A stretch of DNA of 64,000 nt. Source: a virus. Taxonomy: Duplodnaviria; Heunggongvirae; Uroviricota; Caudoviricetes. This document shows, piece by piece, positions 61,367 through 64,000 of the stretch. A program made the position numbers and the translations under genes. The notes beneath the pieces are model-generated. The model was not told where the DNA came from. It searched no databases and saw nothing but the letters and a program-made list of their open reading frames with translations. How positions within the stretch are numbered: position 1 is the stretch's first letter; every line of letters starts with the position of its first letter. Location: IMG/VR virus record IMGVR_UViG_3300009164_000055. One strand, given 5' to 3'.

Positions 61367-61930
61367 GTGATGGTTCCTACCAATGATATGAAAACTTTCC
61401 TAGAAAATAAAGGTTTTGCTAATATCAAAATTTGGACACGTGGTGTCAATTCAAAACAATTTTATCCTGAAACAGAGACGGGTAAATATATCGTTTGTGT
61501 GTCTAGGGTATCAAAGGAAAAGAATTTAGATGCTTTCTGTCAACTCGACTATCCACACAAGGTTATAGTTGGGGATGGTCCATATCTTGAAGAGTTAAAG
61601 AAAAAATATCCAGATGTAATCTATGATGGAAAACTCACTGGAAATTCTCTTAGACGTGCATACGCAGATGCCCAATGTTTTGTGTTCCCATCAAAAGAAG
61701 ACACGTTTGGTATAGTTCTACTGGAAGCAATTGCTTGTGGTACGCCAATTGCTGCATATCCTGAGCCGGGTCCAAAAGAAGTTGTCAATGAGGACAATGG
61801 ACAAATGTCTGAAGACTTGCAATATGCATTAGAAATGGCCTTGAAAAAAGACCGCAAAAAAGTATATGCAACGTCAAAGAAATGGACATGGCGTTCTGCT
61901 ACTGAAAATTTTATAAAAAACTTAGGCTAA
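61367..61930 (+). CDS. glycosyltransferase GT4-type C-terminal half (same frame as upstream half)
   Basis: GDGPYLEELKKKYPDVIY...FPSKEDTFGIVLLEAIACGTPIAAY = GT1 catalytic domain motif. Confidence 0.5.
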   Translation: MMVPTNDMKTFLENKGFANIKIWTRGVNSKQFYPETETGKYIVCVSRVSKEKNLDAFCQLDYPHKVIVGDGPYLEELKKKYPDVIYDGKLTGNSLRRAYADAQCFVFPSKEDTFGIVLLEAIACGTPIAAYPEPGPKEVVNEDNGQMSEDLQYALEMALKKDRKKVYATSKKWTWRSATENFIKNLG

Positions 61931-61932
61931 AC

Positions 61933-62106
61933 ATGAGTGTATTTGACACACCAGAATTTAAGAAAGCTTTTTGGAAGTGGTTTGATGCTTTACCAAGGCA
62001 GGAACGCAAGCGTTTTCAGGAATACCCTGCTGATATGGCAGAGTTGAACTTTTATAACAGGGTATACAAGAATTCCATTGACAGCCGTGATTCGTCCCTA
62101 TATTAA
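61933..62106 (+). CDS. small hypothetical protein (57 aa)
   Basis: below ORF-track cutoff; fills gap. Confidence 0.25.
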   Translation: MSVFDTPEFKKAFWKWFDALPRQERKRFQEYPADMAELNFYNRVYKNSIDSRDSSLY

Positions 62107-62136
62107 TAATAGGACAGACAATCTAAGGAATATATT

Positions 62137-63651
62137 ATGGCATTCGTACCTTCTCCGTATCAGCAAGCAATTTTTGATGCAGTAACCGATCCATCACTTG
62201 GCTCAATCATTGTTGATGCTAAGGCTGGTTCTGGTAAGACCACCACTATCATTGAAGCTGCAAAGCTCATGAAGGGTGACATTTTTCTTGGCGCATTCAA
62301 TAAGAAGATGGCTGATGAACTGTTCCTTCGTTGTAAGGGCATGTTCAATGTAAAGGCTGGCACATTTCACTCTGCTGGTTATCAGGCTATCCGAAAGGTC
62401 ATGCCAAACATTGGTAGTCCTACCAATAAAATTTTTGGTATTGCCAAAGCTCTGAATGACAATGGTCATAAGGATGATGATTTCGACAAGCAAGCTTTTC
62501 AGATTGCTCGTATCGTCTCTATGGCTAAGCAGCGTGGTATCGGTGCAATTATTCCTGATGAACTGGATGTTTGGGAAAACATGATCCTAACCTTTGGTCT
62601 TGATGAAAATCTTCCTGAGCGTTTTGATGATCGTTCAGAGATGACGTATCTTATCAAGTTCTGTCAGGAAGTATTAAACTACGATTTCAATAACTCTGAA
62701 ATTATTGACTTTGACGATATGATCTATCTGCCACTCAAGATGAACCTTGAAATGCCGCAGTATGATTGGGTTATGATCGATGAAGCACAGGATACCAATC
62801 CTTCTCGCCGTGAACTGGCTAAGCGTATGCTGAAGCCTACTGGACGTATGCTGGCTGTTGGTGATCCGTATCAGGCAATCTATGGCTTTACTGGTGCTGA
62901 TAATGATGCGCTAGATCAAATTCGTGATGACTTTAATGCTATCACTCTTCCTCTTTCGGTGACGTATCGTTGCCCTAAGAAGGTAGTTGCACTGGCACAG
63001 AATTACGTTACTGGCATTGAAGCTCATGAGAGCGCCCCTGAAGGCGAAATTGATAGCATTCTATACCATAGCCTAGCTGACACGGTACAGCCCGGTGAGG
63101 TCATTCTCTCACGCTACAACAAGTATCTGGTTAACCTCTGCTTCAAGTTTATTCGTCAAGGTAAGGGCGCAAAGATTGAAGGTCGTGAAGTTGGTGCTAA
63201 TCTGATTTCACTTGCCAAGAAGTGGCGCACTAAGGATTTCGATCAGCTTTCCATGCACATTCGTGAGTGGACAAAGAAGGAAATCGAACGTGCAAAGAAG
63301 AAGGGTGTAGAACGCACTGACTTCATCACTGATCGTGCTGAAACATTGAATGTTCTGATTGATCGTGCAAAGGAACTGAAGCTTAAGGACAAGGATGATC
63401 TTATTGAGATGATCGAAGGTCTTTTTGTTGATGACTTGAATGGTCATAAGAACAAGGTTCTACTATGCTCTGTTCATCGTGCTAAGGGTCTTGAATGGGA
63501 TACTGTCTATCTGCTTGGACGTAATGAGATTATGGGTAAGCAGTGCACTATGCAATGGCAGACTGATCAGGAAAGAAATCTGGTATACGTTGGTGTAACT
63601 CGTGCTAAGAAGCGTTATGTTGATGTAACGCAAGTACCAAAGAAGTTATAA
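62137..63651 (+). CDS. SF1 DNA helicase (UvrD/Dda-like)
   Basis: YQQAIFDAV...VDAKAGSGKTTTI Walker A, DEAQD Walker B, C-terminal VYVGVTRAKKRYV like T4 Dda LYVGVTRGRY. Confidence 0.7.
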   Translation: MAFVPSPYQQAIFDAVTDPSLGSIIVDAKAGSGKTTTIIEAAKLMKGDIFLGAFNKKMADELFLRCKGMFNVKAGTFHSAGYQAIRKVMPNIGSPTNKIFGIAKALNDNGHKDDDFDKQAFQIARIVSMAKQRGIGAIIPDELDVWENMILTFGLDENLPERFDDRSEMTYLIKFCQEVLNYDFNNSEIIDFDDMIYLPLKMNLEMPQYDWVMIDEAQDTNPSRRELAKRMLKPTGRMLAVGDPYQAIYGFTGADNDALDQIRDDFNAITLPLSVTYRCPKKVVALAQNYVTGIEAHESAPEGEIDSILYHSLADTVQPGEVILSRYNKYLVNLCFKFIRQGKGAKIEGREVGANLISLAKKWRTKDFDQLSMHIREWTKKEIERAKKKGVERTDFITDRAETLNVLIDRAKELKLKDKDDLIEMIEGLFVDDLNGHKNKVLLCSVHRAKGLEWDTVYLLGRNEIMGKQCTMQWQTDQERNLVYVGVTRAKKRYVDVTQVPKKL

Positions 63652-63662
63652 ATAAAACTACT

Positions 63663-63750
63663 GGGAGCGTGGGTGAGCGGTTTAAACCTACAGTCTTGAA
63701 AACTGTCGTACCGCAAGGTACCGTGGGTTCGAATCCCACCGCTTCCTCCA
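63663..63750 (+). tRNA. tRNA-Ser (TGA), class II
   Basis: 88 nt; variable arm GTACC-GCAA-GGTAC; anticodon loop CTTGAAA. Confidence 0.65.
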
Positions 63751-63764
63751 ATAAAAAAAAACTA

Positions 63765-63793
63765 TTGACACTCCCTTTTGAATCGTCTATAAA
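63765..63793 (+). promoter_or_regulatory. promoter TTGACA-N17-TATAAA overlapping a terminator hairpin (63770..63819, ACTCCCTTT/AAAGGGAGT + T7)
   Basis: PeSL-like promoter/stem-loop pair before last gene. Confidence 0.4.
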
Positions 63794-63819
63794 GGACTTC
63801 TTCGAAAGGGAGTTTTTTT

Positions 63820-64000
63820 ATGGCTTTTGCCCCACACACCAACACTGACATTAAACACGGCAAGAATTTGCCTTTGGTTCTTGGTAGCTTTGTTGAGAAG
63901 GACAAGCGTAATCTTTTTGAGTATGCTATTCGTCCTGATGAAGGTATCGACTTTGCACCCGACTGTCCGCACATTGTCTATGTGACCAATGTTGTTGATG
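63820..64000 (+). CDS. hypothetical protein, 5' part only (runs off window)
   Basis: ATG 63820 after T-run. Confidence 0.3.
   Translation, partial: MAFAPHTNTDIKHGKNLPLVLGSFVEKDKRNLFEYAIRPDEGIDFAPDCPHIVYVTNVVD

Noticed and set aside
1-64000. rRNA genes, integrase or attachment sites, transposases
   Set aside because: No rRNA-like conserved stretches, tyrosine or serine recombinase motifs, or IS-type inverted repeats were recognised in this window.

Overview
This window is an AT-rich (about 37% GC), densely coded segment of a T4-like (Tevenvirinae-type) myovirus, with almost all genes on the + strand. All calls are by eye from the sequence and the ORF track. No database search, tRNAscan or RNA folding was run, so homology calls rest on recognisable motifs.

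Recognisable T4-type genes:
- a gp61-type DNA primase, RNase H (rnh) and endonuclease VII;
- ribonucleotide reductase NrdA and NrdB with an NrdC-type glutaredoxin, and ThyX;
- PhoH, MazG, AdoMet decarboxylase and a Dps-like ferritin;
- T4 RnlA-type RNA ligase next to a Pnk kinase-domain protein;
- a Dda/UvrD-like SF1 helicase, Rz/Rz1-like spanins and several glycosyltransferases.

A 19-gene tRNA array lies between 49.7 and 63.8 kb, with two degenerate tRNA-like elements.

Unusual content:
1. The only minus-strand operon (43.6-49.4 kb) encodes a curli-type secretion set (CsgG, a CsgF-like protein and a curlin-repeat protein) together with a FecR-domain protein and a CHASE2/class III nucleotidyl cyclase.
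2. At least seven proteins begin with a T4 internal-protein-like capsid targeting sequence (MKTFKEFI.E). They include two ParB-like nuclease-domain proteins, a nucleotidyltransferase-fold protein and a methyltransferase-like protein, and are candidates for injected anti-defence effectors.
3. A roughly 1.15 kb ORF-free, GC-enriched region rich in GNRA tetraloops sits inside the tRNA array behind an early-type promoter. It is a candidate large structured ncRNA.
4. Between 30 and 38.7 kb, near-identical sigma70-type promoters (TTGACACGAATCA...TATATT) are paired with stem-loop terminators around small ORFs, resembling PeSL cassettes.
5. An ArfA-like small ORF (KKGKGSY motif) and a glycosyltransferase split by a single in-frame TAA.
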